Shown: positions 40,067 to 50,671, numbered from the stretch's first letter. The stretch: 64,000 nucleotides of DNA from an uncultured Sphingomonas sp. (GCF_934560975.1 NZ_CAKTFO010000008.1:21940-85939), one strand, 5' to 3'. Notes: a model not told the origin generated them from the letters alone. Made by a program: numbers and translations.

Positions 40067-40276
40067 TCAGCCTTTGCGCAGTTCGTCGGGCTTGTGCACC
40101 GCTTCCTTGCCCGACTTGTCGCTCTTGGCCCGGAACTGCGGATCATCCTTGGTCGCCTTGGCGGTGTGCCCGCCCGCCTTGGTGGTCCCGGTTTCCTTCT
40201 TTACGACCTTGCCCGACGTTTCGCCCTGGGGCGTGTCCCACTTCACGTGATCGCCGATCTCGATGCTCTTGGTCAC
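40067..40276 (-). CDS. DUF2945 / Hva1 Tudor-like small stress protein
   Basis: GDHVKW...G.V...SDKSGKEAVHKPDEL; AAGGAG RBS. Confidence 0.8.
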   Translation of the reverse strand: MTKSIEIGDHVKWDTPQGETSGKVVKKETGTTKAGGHTAKATKDDPQFRAKSDKSGKEAVHKPDELRKG

Positions 40277-40351
40277 GTCCGTCTCCTTGCCATGGGTGCG
40301 TGGCGACCCGGCAGCGGGTGGGAGCGACTGGAACCGGCCGCTCCCCGCCGG

Positions 40352-40828
40352 TCAGTCCTGCAGCAATGTTCCGGCGAGTTGGGTCAGCCGTTCATCCGCC
40401 TGCTTGGCTTCGTCGGCTGACGTCTTCATCTCGCGCCCGGCATCCCCGAACCCCAGCGAGTTGAGGTAGCTGGCCATCGTTCCGAACGCCGCGATCCAGT
40501 AATGCAGCGCAAGCTGGCCGCTGGCAATGATCCCCAGGTCACGCGAACTTGCGTCCGGAGCCTCGTTGCGGATGCGCCGGCTGACTTCGTAATGCGCGTC
40601 CAGCACGGGATTGTCGCCCCGCTGACCGTTGCCGGCCTGCGACATGGCGCGGTCGATCCGATCGGCCCATTGTTGGGAGGTGCGATTGCCCTCCTCAAGC
40701 GCCGCCTTGAGGTCAGGATGGCTGGCGTCGTCGTTGATTTCATCCGTCGCCCGGGCAGCGACATCGCTCCCGGCCTTCATCGCGCTCAATCCCTGCGCAA
40801 CGATCTGCTTCAGAGTGTCCTCGGCCAT
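40352..40828 (-). CDS. Ferritin-like (DUF892-related) protein
   Basis: HPDLKAAL, RDLGIIASGQLALHYWIAAFGT; AGGAG RBS. Confidence 0.75.
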   Translation of the reverse strand: MAEDTLKQIVAQGLSAMKAGSDVAARATDEINDDASHPDLKAALEEGNRTSQQWADRIDRAMSQAGNGQRGDNPVLDAHYEVSRRIRNEAPDASSRDLGIIASGQLALHYWIAAFGTMASYLNSLGFGDAGREMKTSADEAKQADERLTQLAGTLLQD

Positions 40829-41015
40829 GCTCGTTCTCCTGGCTGGGCGCCCGGCCGGTTCGCCGTTCACCCGCAGGCAGTAAGCGTCCCGCGTTCCGAT
40901 GTTCCCATGATTGCGCATCCGTTGCGACAGGCGCGTCCGGTTGCCCCGCGAGCCTAGGAACCGCGCACTACCCTGCATGGTCCCGCTCCATATCGGTTGC
41001 TTTGATCAGAGCCGT

Positions 41016-41030
41016 TTAGCAATCGGTTAA
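41016..41030. promoter_or_regulatory. CtrA-like box upstream of GGDEF/EAL gene
   Basis: TTAG-CAATCGG-TTAA; second degenerate TTAT-N7-TTAC at 41079-41093. Confidence 0.45.
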
Positions 41031-41134
41031 GTGACTGTAGTTACGGGCAACCGGTGCCCCCGCTTCGCTCGCAACGCATTATCAACCGTTTACTATCCTG
41101 GAAGGCAGGAGGTGATACCGCGCGCGCGCAGACG

Positions 41135-43216
41135 ATGCATGAGCGTCTCCAGGCTCCGCCGCCGGCCGCGCCGCAGGCGGACACCGACGGCGATGCCGTG
41201 CTGACCGGCGCAGGATCGCCCGCGATCCAGCTGTTCCGGTCCACGCCGCGCTGGCTGAAGCTGTTTGCCGCACCCAAGATCATCATCGTCCTGCTGGTAT
41301 TCTCCGTCAGCCTTTGTCTGGGCACGTTGATCTACGTCCAGCATGCGAACAGCTCGATCGTGAATCGGGACATGCAGACCGCGGTGGAACTGAGCGAGAT
41401 CGCCGCCCGCTTCGATCATGAGGACGGCAGCCTGTACCGCCTGATGGTGGACGAAGCGGCCAACGGCCGTTCCCTGACCGTGGCTGAACGCGTCCGACGA
41501 ATTAGGAGGAAGCTGACCCGTATCGCCGAGGATCTGCATGCGGACGAGCGCCTCCTGTCCCCTGCCGACCAGCATCGGACGGCGCAGGTCGTGTCGGAAA
41601 TCAACAAGTATAACGACGCCGTTGAAGTCGTGTCCTCCATGCTGGAACTGGACTTCGCCACCAGCGTCGCGATGCTGCGGCCGTTCCGGGAAAATGCGGA
41701 CCGCGTGCTGCACGAGGTCAAGGACATTGCGGCGGCGGGCATCAAGGATGCGCATCGTCATGCCGACGACGCCGCCTGGCGCACCCGCCTTTTGGTGGCG
41801 TTTGTCGCCGTTGCGGTTTTGATCGTGGCCTTCCTGTCCTATCTATGGCTCGCTTTGGCGTCGCAGCGAGGCATTCAGCTTCGCCAAGAGATATTGCGGC
41901 GCAGCGAGGCGGAGCGCGAGGCATTGATCCTGGCGCGAACCGACGTGCTGACCGGCCTGGCCAATCGTCGCGTGTTCGGGACCGAATTGTCGGACGCAAT
42001 TGAGGCAGCCGGCTCCGATCGCAGCGGCCTGGCGATCTTCCTGATCGACCTGGACGGCTTCAAGGAAGCCAATGACGTTCACGGGCATGCGGCGGGCGAC
42101 GCCGTCCTGAAGACCGTGGCCGATCGCCTGCGCAGCCTGTTCGGGCATGGCAACGTGATCGCGCGGCTGGGTGGGGATGAGTTCGCGGTCCTGCTGCGGT
42201 CGAGCAATCAGGCCGACACCATCACCTCGCTGGCGGCCGACGCCGGCCGATCGCTGCACGATCCCGTGACATGGCGCGGGAACAACATCCTGGTGGGCGC
42301 CAGCATCGGGATTTCACGCTTTCCGGCGGATGGCAGCCTTGCCGACGCGCTGCTCCATGCCGCCGATATCGCCATGTATCATGCCAAGCGGAACAGAAAG
42401 GGCAGCGTCTGTCTGTTCACCCCGGCGATGGAGGCGGAGCGGCTGGAACGGCGCCGGCTGGAAGAGGAACTGCGCATCGGCATCAGCCTGGGTGAGATCC
42501 GCCCCTTCTACCAGCCGATCGTCCGTTTTGCCGACAGCGAATTGTGCGGCTTCGAGATCCTGGCCCGCTGGCAGCACCCTCGGTTGGGTCTGTTGGGCCC
42601 GGCTTCCTTCGTCAAGCTCGCGGAGTCCACCGGGCAGATCACGGCCATCACCAAGCTGCTGCTTCGTCAGGCATGCATCGATGCGCGCCACCTGCCGGAC
42701 AATCTGCGGCTGGCGATCAACATTTCGCCGATGCAGTTGGAGGAGCCGGGTCTCGCCGAATCCCTGATCGACATCATCCATGCCGAAGGGATCGATCCGA
42801 CCCGTATCGAGATCGAGATCACCGAAGACGCCATCATGGATGACGTGGTGTCCGCCGAGCGCGTGATCACCACGTTCCGCAACAGCGGCCTGTCGATCGC
42901 GCTGGATGATTTCGGCACCGGCTATTCCAGCCTTTCCAACCTGCGCCGGTTGAAGTTCGACAAGATCAAGATCGACCAGAGCTTCGTCAGCACGCTTCAC
43001 AACAGCGCCGAAAGCCAGAAGCTGGTGGAAGCCATTATCGGCCTGGCGCGGAGCTTCGAGATGAAGGTGACGGCGGAAGGCATCGAGGATGCCAGCACCG
43101 CGACCCTGCTGGCGCGACGGGGATGCACCCAGGGCCAGGGCTATTTCTTCGGCAAGCCCACCGCCTTCGAGGAGGTGCGAAGGCTGATCGGAAATGCCGA
43201 CAGCCAGGCGGCATAG
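41135..43216 (+). CDS. Membrane GGDEF/EAL protein with periplasmic helical domain
   Basis: 2 TM helices; RLGGDEF; EILARW, DDFGTGYSS, EGIE, GQGY. Confidence 0.9.
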   Translation: MHERLQAPPPAAPQADTDGDAVLTGAGSPAIQLFRSTPRWLKLFAAPKIIIVLLVFSVSLCLGTLIYVQHANSSIVNRDMQTAVELSEIAARFDHEDGSLYRLMVDEAANGRSLTVAERVRRIRRKLTRIAEDLHADERLLSPADQHRTAQVVSEINKYNDAVEVVSSMLELDFATSVAMLRPFRENADRVLHEVKDIAAAGIKDAHRHADDAAWRTRLLVAFVAVAVLIVAFLSYLWLALASQRGIQLRQEILRRSEAEREALILARTDVLTGLANRRVFGTELSDAIEAAGSDRSGLAIFLIDLDGFKEANDVHGHAAGDAVLKTVADRLRSLFGHGNVIARLGGDEFAVLLRSSNQADTITSLAADAGRSLHDPVTWRGNNILVGASIGISRFPADGSLADALLHAADIAMYHAKRNRKGSVCLFTPAMEAERLERRRLEEELRIGISLGEIRPFYQPIVRFADSELCGFEILARWQHPRLGLLGPASFVKLAESTGQITAITKLLLRQACIDARHLPDNLRLAINISPMQLEEPGLAESLIDIIHAEGIDPTRIEIEITEDAIMDDVVSAERVITTFRNSGLSIALDDFGTGYSSLSNLRRLKFDKIKIDQSFVSTLHNSAESQKLVEAIIGLARSFEMKVTAEGIEDASTATLLARRGCTQGQGYFFGKPTAFEEVRRLIGNADSQAA

Positions 43217-43334
43217 CCGGCTTCCTTCGGCAGGAACGGCACCGTCCGCCGATCTGCACCCTCGCCATCCACCCCTTTAACCCCTTGCTTACGTCGGCCG
43301 ACTAACGCCAGCGCGGCAACCGACCGGAACCATC

Positions 43335-43865
43335 GTGAAGCGTCGAACTCTTTCTGTGGGCACCGCCCTCGCCATGATGTCGGTCTGGCCGACCACACCG
43401 GCCTTGCCGGCGACCCTCAACGTGCCGGTGGCGGCGCGCGTCATCTCGTTCATCCAGCCGCCGCCGACAGGAATCGTGCCGATCGCGGTGCTGTATCAGC
43501 CCGGCAACGCCGCGTCCGAAACCGAAGCGTCCGACGTCGAAGAGGCGCTGCCGCGCGGTCTGGCGATCGGCCGTGCGAGGCTGCGTATCCGACGCGTTCC
43601 CGTGTGGAACCTGGAGCAGCTGAACGGCGTGCGGGCGGCGTTCGTCACCACGGGGTTGCGCGCCCACCATGACGCGATCGCCGCCGCCGCAGCCGCGGAA
43701 TCCATCCTCACCATATCGGCCGACAGCGCGTGCGTGACCTCCGGTCGCTGCGTGGTGGGCATCAGCAATACCCGCCGCACGGAGATCACCGTGAACAAAC
43801 TGGCCGCAAGACGAAGCGGCATCCGCTTCAGTTCGGCCTTTCTGATGCTTGTCAAGGAACTATGA
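43335..43865 (+). CDS. YfiR/HmsC (DUF4154)-like periplasmic protein
   Basis: Signal peptide, RVISFI, ILTIS, EITVNKLAARRSGIRFSSAFLML C-terminus. Confidence 0.72.
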   Translation: MKRRTLSVGTALAMMSVWPTTPALPATLNVPVAARVISFIQPPPTGIVPIAVLYQPGNAASETEASDVEEALPRGLAIGRARLRIRRVPVWNLEQLNGVRAAFVTTGLRAHHDAIAAAAAAESILTISADSACVTSGRCVVGISNTRRTEITVNKLAARRSGIRFSSAFLMLVKEL

Positions 43866-45907
43866 GCGTGCGTTCTTGTGATTTCCTGCGTTTGCTTCCG
43901 GTTTGTGGCCTGCTTGTCCTTGCCGTGCCCGCCCTTGCCCAGCGCATGGACTATGATGCGCTCCAACAGACCATGGGCGAACCGGTCACCATCAGCGTGT
44001 CCGGCAAGCCGCAGCGTCAGTCCGAAACACCGGCATCGACGATCATCATCACGCACGACCAGATCGTCCGTTCGCCCGCGCGGGACGTGCCGGGCCTGTT
44101 GAAGACCTATGCCGGTATCGACGTGAACCGCTGGACCGCCGGGCAAAGCGACGTGGCGGTTCGCGGCGGCGTTCAAACCTACAATGCGCGCCTGCTTGTG
44201 CTGGTCGATGGACGTCAGGTCTATCTGGACCATTATGGCATGACCGACTGGAACCTGCTCGGCGTCCAGCTGGAGGAGATACAACAGATCGAGCTGGTGC
44301 GCGGGCCGGCCAGCGCATTGTTCGGGTTCAACGCGGCCAGCGGCGTGGTCAACATCATCACGCGCAAGGTCGGCGACACTGCCACGGCGAGTGCGTCCGC
44401 CTCCGCCGGCAATCACGGCTTTGGCCAGGTCGCCGGAACCGTGGGCGTGCCGCTGACGCACAATGTGGGCCTGAAGGTCACCGCCGGCCGCCTGCGCCAG
44501 GACGAGCGCCGCATCCCGGATTACCTCCTCACGCCCAACCTGATCTACGACGTGGAAAGCGACCAGCTGTCCGGTCAGGTGAACGGCACGTTCGATACCG
44601 TGGAGGCATCGCTGGGCGGCGGCTATGCAACCAACCGGCAAATGGAATATCTGCCCAGTCAGCTGCTGTCCAACCAGCATTACACCAGCGGCAACGTCAA
44701 CGCGGCGCTTACCCAGGATACCAGCTGGGGCGGCCTGTCCTTCAACGGCTACGTGAACTGGCTAAACGCCGACTACGGCATCGACGGCACCACGGGCGAG
44801 CCCGCGACGGCGGCGCACATCCGCAACCGCATCGCCGTGGCGAAGGCGTCGGGCCTGTATCGCCTGAACAGTGCCAATACGCTGCGGCTCGGCGTGGAGG
44901 TTCGCGATAACCGGCTGCGCGGCGATGCGCAGTTTGCAGACACCATCGCCTACCGGTTGGTGGCGACGGATGCGATGCTGGAGCTGCACGCGAGCGCCGC
45001 CGTGTCGCTGACGGCGGCGGCGCGCATCGACCGCCTGTGGCTGCGCACGTCGGGACGGGTCATCCAGCCCGCCTTCAGCGTAGCCGACGAGTTCGATCGC
45101 GCTTTCACCCGCGCCAGCTTCAACGCGGCCCTGCTGATCCAGACCGGTGAAAAGGGCCAGTTCCGGTTGAACGGCGGCCGCGGGTTCCAGCTGCCGTCGC
45201 TGGTGAATTACGGCTTCCGCCTGCCGATCGCCGCTCCCAGCAGGCTGCCGATCTTTGTGGCCGGTTCGCCCGCCATCCAGCCGGTCCGCGTCTGGAGCGC
45301 CGAGGCGAGCTATTCCTATGACCTGGGTAGCAGCCGCATCGAGGCAACCGCGTTCTACAATCATACCAGCGATGCGATCGCGTCGCCCGGCGACGGCCTG
45401 CAGAACAATCTGGAGCTGTTCGCGACCCCGTCGCCGGTGCTGGTCGCCCGCTTCGCGACCGTGGGCGATTATGCGGCCTATGGCGCGGAACTGTCGGCCA
45501 GCGGGGCGTTGGGCGCATGGTTGTGGGATGTCAATTACACCTGGACGCGGACTCACGGCGATCTGGCGGGATCCGCCTTGCCCATCCCCTTCGCCTTGTC
45601 GCCACGTTCCACCACGCCGCAGCACAAGGCGAATGTGGAGCTGGGCTATGACGGCGGACGCTGGTCGGTGACGGGTGTCGCCCATTACACGTCGCGCACG
45701 CGGCAATTCGCCTTTTCCAGGGCGCCGCAGCTGCTGCTCTATCCGGTGGGCGACGCGGTGGCGTTTGATGCCCGCGCCGGATACCGCCTCTCGCCCGCGT
45801 TGGAGCTGTTCGTCGCAGGTGAGAATATCGCAGGCATGGCCAGTGCCGCCGGCTCGCCGATCCCGGCGGATCGCCGGCTGCGTGGTGGGGTCAGGCTGAC
45901 GCTGTAA
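43862..45907 (+). CDS. TonB-dependent receptor, translationally coupled to the YfiR-like gene
   Basis: ATGA overlap; LLVLVDGRQVY, IELVRGPASALFGFNAASGVVNIIT. Confidence 0.88.
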   Translation: MSVRSCDFLRLLPVCGLLVLAVPALAQRMDYDALQQTMGEPVTISVSGKPQRQSETPASTIIITHDQIVRSPARDVPGLLKTYAGIDVNRWTAGQSDVAVRGGVQTYNARLLVLVDGRQVYLDHYGMTDWNLLGVQLEEIQQIELVRGPASALFGFNAASGVVNIITRKVGDTATASASASAGNHGFGQVAGTVGVPLTHNVGLKVTAGRLRQDERRIPDYLLTPNLIYDVESDQLSGQVNGTFDTVEASLGGGYATNRQMEYLPSQLLSNQHYTSGNVNAALTQDTSWGGLSFNGYVNWLNADYGIDGTTGEPATAAHIRNRIAVAKASGLYRLNSANTLRLGVEVRDNRLRGDAQFADTIAYRLVATDAMLELHASAAVSLTAAARIDRLWLRTSGRVIQPAFSVADEFDRAFTRASFNAALLIQTGEKGQFRLNGGRGFQLPSLVNYGFRLPIAAPSRLPIFVAGSPAIQPVRVWSAEASYSYDLGSSRIEATAFYNHTSDAIASPGDGLQNNLELFATPSPVLVARFATVGDYAAYGAELSASGALGAWLWDVNYTWTRTHGDLAGSALPIPFALSPRSTTPQHKANVELGYDGGRWSVTGVAHYTSRTRQFAFSRAPQLLLYPVGDAVAFDARAGYRLSPALELFVAGENIAGMASAAGSPIPADRRLRGGVRLTL

Positions 45908-45987
45908 CAGGCGGACAGCCCCCCGCCCGCCGCTGCCTAGGCCGCCGATAGCTCAGTCCGGGACCGCTGCAACATACGTTAGACAGG

Positions 45988-47085
45988 ATGGCGGACTGCG
46001 CATACAGACCTTGCGACGATGCAGGGCCAAGTGCCTGGCATATCCGGAGATCAGCCCTGCCTGACGCCTTACCGATCACCGTCTGCGTTCCCGCCCGGAA
46101 CGAGGAACAGGCATTGCCTGCCTTGCTTGACGCTTTGTCCGATCTTGTCGCCGATCCCGCCGACATGACGATATGCGTCTATCTGGATGGGTGCGAAGAC
46201 GATAGCGAGGCCGTGCTGCGGCGTGCGTCGCCCACCCTGCCCTTCCCGCTCGTGGTGGAAGCCGGACGCCGCCATGACGGCGCCAATGCGGGCGCGGCCC
46301 GGCGGTCCGCCATGGCGATAGGGCTGCGGGTCCTGTGCGATCGTCCAGGCCTGCTGTTCACCACCGACGCCGACAGCCGCCCGCGTGCCGACTGGATCCA
46401 GGCGGGGATCGCCGCGCTGGACAAAGCCGATGTGGCGGCCGGCCGGATCGTCCGCCGTCATGCGGCAGGCGACCCGACCCAGTCCCGGATCGAGCATTAT
46501 TATGACCGGCTGCACGCCTTGCGCCGGCTGGTCGATCCGGTGCCGTGGGAGGCGCGGGACACGCATCACTTCACCGGCGGCGCCAATCTGGCCGTTCGCG
46601 CCGCCGCCTATCGCGCGCTCGGCGGGTTCAGGCCGTTGCCGTCGGGTGAGGATGCCGCGCTGGTGGACGATGCCGCGCGGGCGGGCTTTCGCGTGCGCAA
46701 GGATGGCGCGATGCTGGTGGAAACATCTTCTCGCCGCGTCGGGCGCGCGGTACATGGCTTGGCAAGCGCCCTGCTCGCGCTCGACATGGGCACGGCACCT
46801 TTGGTCTCCCACCCCCATGCGGTGGCGTGGCAGTGGCGGGCGCAGGCTGCCGCGCGGCAGGCCTTTTCGACGATCCACGACCCGGATGTCCGCATCCGCC
46901 TGGGCGATCGGCTGGGGCTGACGGCCGACCATGTGCTGGGCGTGGCGCGGGACTGCCCCAATGACGAAGCCTTCGCGATGCGGATCGTGCCGGCCTCGCC
47001 GGATCATTGCGGCAGCGTGACCCTGGTGGTGGCGGAGGACGCGCTGGCGATGCTGGAAGCGGATCTGTGCGAGGTGGCGGCATGA
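45988..47085 (+). CDS. GT2 family glycosyltransferase
   Basis: VPARNEE, TTDADS, GANLAVR, GGFRPLPSGED, TSSRRVGRA; start uncertain. Confidence 0.85.
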   Translation: MADCAYRPCDDAGPSAWHIRRSALPDALPITVCVPARNEEQALPALLDALSDLVADPADMTICVYLDGCEDDSEAVLRRASPTLPFPLVVEAGRRHDGANAGAARRSAMAIGLRVLCDRPGLLFTTDADSRPRADWIQAGIAALDKADVAAGRIVRRHAAGDPTQSRIEHYYDRLHALRRLVDPVPWEARDTHHFTGGANLAVRAAAYRALGGFRPLPSGEDAALVDDAARAGFRVRKDGAMLVETSSRRVGRAVHGLASALLALDMGTAPLVSHPHAVAWQWRAQAAARQAFSTIHDPDVRIRLGDRLGLTADHVLGVARDCPNDEAFAMRIVPASPDHCGSVTLVVAEDALAMLEADLCEVAA

Positions 47086-48068
47086 CCATGGCTGCTGCCC
47101 TGCGCGACGCCATCGCGGCCACCGGATGGGATCGCGACCTGCCGCGTGACCCGCGCGAAGCGGCGGAAAACCTGGCGATCCTGACCCCGCTGTATGAGAC
47201 CGGCCGGCGCGATCTGCCGCTCGGCCGCCTGCTGGAAGGGCATGTGGACGCCGTGCAGATCGTGCAGCGTTACGGCACGGCCGCGCAGATCGCGCGGCTG
47301 CAACAAGCGGTATGCGGTGGCGCGATGCTGGGCGTATGGAATGCCGCGCTACCCGGCGAGCCGCTGCTGATCGGACCGGACGGTCTGCGCGGCGGCAAGA
47401 GCTATGCGTCGGGCGCGGGCGTGCTGTCCCATGCGCTGGTGACGGCGGAGGGTGATGGCGGCAGTCAATTGCTGCTGCTCGACCTTGCGGACACCCCGCC
47501 CGCGATCGATCGCGACTGGTGGCGGACGACCGGCATGCAGCGATCGGAGACGCATCAGGTGCGCTGGTCCGATGCCCGGATCCATGATGCCGCCAGGATC
47601 GGCGAACCGAACGTTTACGCGCGCGAGCCGTTCTTCAGCGGTGGTGCGTTGCGCTTCGTCGCAGTGCACGCCGGGGGTGTCGCCGGACTGTGCGACCGCA
47701 CGCGCGACCATCTGGTCGCCACCGGTCGCGCCGACGATCCGTTCCAGCAGGCGCGTCTGGCCCAATTGTTCGGGCTGGCCGATGCCGCCGCGGCGGTGGT
47801 TCGCCATACGGCCGTCGCGTGGTTCGCAACGGATGGCGAGGAGCGGCTGGCGAGGGTCGCGGCGGCGCGCCTGACCGTGGCCGACGCGGCCGAGCGCGCC
47901 CTGGCCGTCGCGCAACAGGCGGTGGGGCTGGCCGGCCACTTCCTGGACCATCCGCTCTCGGCCATGCTTGCCGACCTGGCCGTATATCTGCGGCAGCCGG
48001 CACCCGATGCCCAGCGGCTGCGGGTCGGCCGCGCGGTCAAGGACGGCGCGCTGGCCCCGTCGCTGTGA
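47082..48068 (+). CDS. Acyl-CoA dehydrogenase-like protein
   Basis: DLPLGRLLEGHVDA, GGKSYASGAG, WRTTGMQRSET, DLAVYLRQP; ATGA overlap. Confidence 0.8.
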   Translation: MTMAAALRDAIAATGWDRDLPRDPREAAENLAILTPLYETGRRDLPLGRLLEGHVDAVQIVQRYGTAAQIARLQQAVCGGAMLGVWNAALPGEPLLIGPDGLRGGKSYASGAGVLSHALVTAEGDGGSQLLLLDLADTPPAIDRDWWRTTGMQRSETHQVRWSDARIHDAARIGEPNVYAREPFFSGGALRFVAVHAGGVAGLCDRTRDHLVATGRADDPFQQARLAQLFGLADAAAAVVRHTAVAWFATDGEERLARVAAARLTVADAAERALAVAQQAVGLAGHFLDHPLSAMLADLAVYLRQPAPDAQRLRVGRAVKDGALAPSL

Positions 48069-48718
48069 GGCTGCGGATCGGGAAGGTACGGCAGGCGTTG
48101 ATCGTGGCGCCCCATCCGGATGACGAGATCATCGGCGCGGCGGCGCTGATCCGTGCGCTGAAACGGCAGGGCACGCGCGTGGCGGTGGTGGTGGTCAGCG
48201 ACGGGGCCGCGTCGCACCCGGCCAGCCTGCGCTGGCCTGCCAGGCGGCTGGTGGCGGCGCGGCGGAGGGAAAGCCTGCGCGCCTTGCGCCGCCTGGCGAT
48301 CATGGCGGACGCGGTCACCTTTCTCGGCCTGCCCGACGGCGCCCTGCCGCAACAGGCCGTGCGATGCCGGCACACCCTGCGGCGGGCGGTGGCGATGCGG
48401 CGTCGGCTGGACCTGATCGTCGGACCGGCCGATAGCGACGCACACCCGGATCACCGCGCGGTAGCGGCGGCCTTGCACGGCGTGTCCGGCAAAGCGAGGC
48501 GACTGCACTATCAGGTCTGGCCGCCGCGATCCGCCGCAAGCGCGCGGGGCCGGACGGTGGCGATGCGCGGCGGCCATGCGACCAAACGATCGCTGATCCG
48601 GCTGCACCGCACGCAGATGGGTGTGATCCGTGACGATCCCACCGGCTTCTCCATTGCCCGCCACGAGCTGGCCGCGTTCGCGCATCCCATCGAAACCTAT
48701 GTGGAGGTGCCACGGTGA
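48065..48718 (+). CDS. PIG-L/LmbE family deacetylase
   Basis: APHPDDE, SDGAASH, RRRES, LPDG, DAHPDH; GTGA overlap. Confidence 0.88.
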   Translation: MRLRIGKVRQALIVAPHPDDEIIGAAALIRALKRQGTRVAVVVVSDGAASHPASLRWPARRLVAARRRESLRALRRLAIMADAVTFLGLPDGALPQQAVRCRHTLRRAVAMRRRLDLIVGPADSDAHPDHRAVAAALHGVSGKARRLHYQVWPPRSAASARGRTVAMRGGHATKRSLIRLHRTQMGVIRDDPTGFSIARHELAAFAHPIETYVEVPR

Positions 48719-49299
48719 AGGCGATCGCCCTCAGCGGCTTTGCCAACAAGTTCGCCGGCAGCGACGATCCTTGGGCGACGTTCACCAGCCGCGACGAAGC
48801 GGTGAAGCGCGCGGCGATCCTGCACGCTTTGGGCCCCGGTCCAATCGGGCGAGTCCTGGAGCTCGCCAGCGGCAACGGCTCCAACAGCCAGGCGATCGCC
48901 CGCCGCGCGCTACGCCTTGATGCCACAGAGGGCACGGCCGAGGGGACGCGCCTGACCGCGCGCGCGGTCCGGGATTGCCCACGCGCACGGGCGATCCGGC
49001 TGGCAGTGCCGTCGCGGCTGCCGCGGTCGCGCTACGATGCCGTGGTGGTGGCGGAGTTGCTCTATTACCTTTCCGCCGACGACATGGCGCGGGTGGCGTC
49101 CGACGTGGCCGGGGTGCTGCGCCCCGGCGGCCGGCTGGTGCTGGCGCACCACCGGATCGACTTCTACGATTTTGCACAGCATGCGCGCGGCATACAGGAC
49201 CGCTTCCTGCGCCTGACCGGTTGCCGGTGGCGGGTGAGGCAGGTGCGCGCGTGCAGCCGGTGGAGCGTGATCGCGGCGCGGAAACTGTCGGGCGACTAG
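48715..49299 (+). CDS. NodS-like SAM-dependent methyltransferase
   Basis: DDPW, VLELASGNG, YDAVVVAELLYYL, LRPGGRLVLAH; GTGA overlap. Confidence 0.85.
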   Translation: MKAIALSGFANKFAGSDDPWATFTSRDEAVKRAAILHALGPGPIGRVLELASGNGSNSQAIARRALRLDATEGTAEGTRLTARAVRDCPRARAIRLAVPSRLPRSRYDAVVVAELLYYLSADDMARVASDVAGVLRPGGRLVLAHHRIDFYDFAQHARGIQDRFLRLTGCRWRVRQVRACSRWSVIAARKLSGD

Positions 49300-49408
49300 C
49301 CGGCGGCCGCACACGTGCGGCGACGGTCCTGGTAGTGCGTCCGCGATGCGGATGCCGGCGAACCGCGTGGCGTCTTCGCCACGTCACACGAATGTGCCAT
49401 GCGACATC

Positions 49409-50500
49409 ATGGACGCGACGCGATCTTTGCCGGGTCGGCGCTTCGGCCGGCCGGGCCTGGGCTGGTTGGGGGGCGCCGGGCTGTTGCTGGCGGCCTGGCC
49501 CGCCATCGGCCAGGCGGGCGCGGACCACCATGCGATCGACTGGCTGGAACTGGCGATGGGCATGGTGGGAGGCCTGGCGCTGTTCCTGTACGGCGTCGAC
49601 CTGCTCGCAACCGCGCTGAAACAGGCGCAGGGCGGGCGCTTCCAGAAGCTCCTCGCGCACTCTTCCGCCAACCGTATCGCCGCGCTCGGCAGCGGCACCG
49701 TGGCGACGATCCTGCTCGACTCCTCCTCTGTGGTGATCATCCTCCTGATCACGGTCGTGGATGCCGGGTTGGTGCCGTTCGCCAAGGCGCTGCCGGTGAT
49801 CCTCGGCGCCAATATCGGCACCACCTTTTCCAGCCAGCTGTTCGCCTGGAACGTGGACACCTTTGCTCCGGTGGCGATTGCAGGCGGCCTGCTGTGGAAG
49901 GCGCTTGCCCGTTCCGACCGCGCCCGGCGCTGGGCCACCATCCTGCTCGGCCTCGGTCTGGTGCTGTTCGGCCTCAACATCATCGGCACCGCCGCCGAAC
50001 CGCTGCAGCAACAGCCGGCGGTGATCGACTGGCTGAAGCAGCTGGAATCCCCGCTGCTCGGCGTGGCGGCCGGCGCGTTGGCGACGATCGCCATCCAGTC
50101 CTCCTCGGCGATGATGGGCATCGTGATCACGCTTGCGGGCGGCGGGCTGATCACGCTGCCGGCCGGGATCGCCATCATGCTGGGCGCGGAAATCGGCACC
50201 TGCGCCGACACGCTGGTGGCGACGGCCGGGCGATCGCGCGCGGCGGTGAAGGCCGGCATCTTCCACCTCCTGTTCAACATCGCGTCGGTGGCGATCGGCA
50301 TCCTCCTGATCGGATGGCTGGCCGCATTCGGCGCAGCGACAGCGGGCGATGTCGGCCAACGCATCGCCAACGCCCATGTCCTGTTCAACGTCGCCGGCGC
50401 GCTCGCTCTGCTGCCCTTCACAGGCGCGGTGGTGGGATTGCTCGACCGCCTTGTTCCCGAGCGGGAGGATGCGCAGAGCCCGGTCGCGGCGACGACCTGA
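49409..50500 (+). CDS. Na/Pi cotransporter family protein (no PhoU tail)
   Basis: GGLALFLYG, DSSS/QSSS repeats, GANIGTT/GAEIGT, ANAHVLFN. Confidence 0.88.
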   Translation: MDATRSLPGRRFGRPGLGWLGGAGLLLAAWPAIGQAGADHHAIDWLELAMGMVGGLALFLYGVDLLATALKQAQGGRFQKLLAHSSANRIAALGSGTVATILLDSSSVVIILLITVVDAGLVPFAKALPVILGANIGTTFSSQLFAWNVDTFAPVAIAGGLLWKALARSDRARRWATILLGLGLVLFGLNIIGTAAEPLQQQPAVIDWLKQLESPLLGVAAGALATIAIQSSSAMMGIVITLAGGGLITLPAGIAIMLGAEIGTCADTLVATAGRSRAAVKAGIFHLLFNIASVAIGILLIGWLAAFGAATAGDVGQRIANAHVLFNVAGALALLPFTGAVVGLLDRLVPEREDAQSPVAATT

Positions 50501-50671
50501 TCGCACTCCCCTACCGGTGCCGATCGCCGGTCTGGTTACAGGCGCGGCACCCAACGAAGTGGTGCGGCGAACTCCCCAGCCTGCTCTCCCGCGCGCCTTG
50601 CCCGATGGACCGCCAGCAAAAGTCGTTGCGGTCGCTTGCTGCAAAAAGCGCCCGCCGTGCATTGTCGGTTC

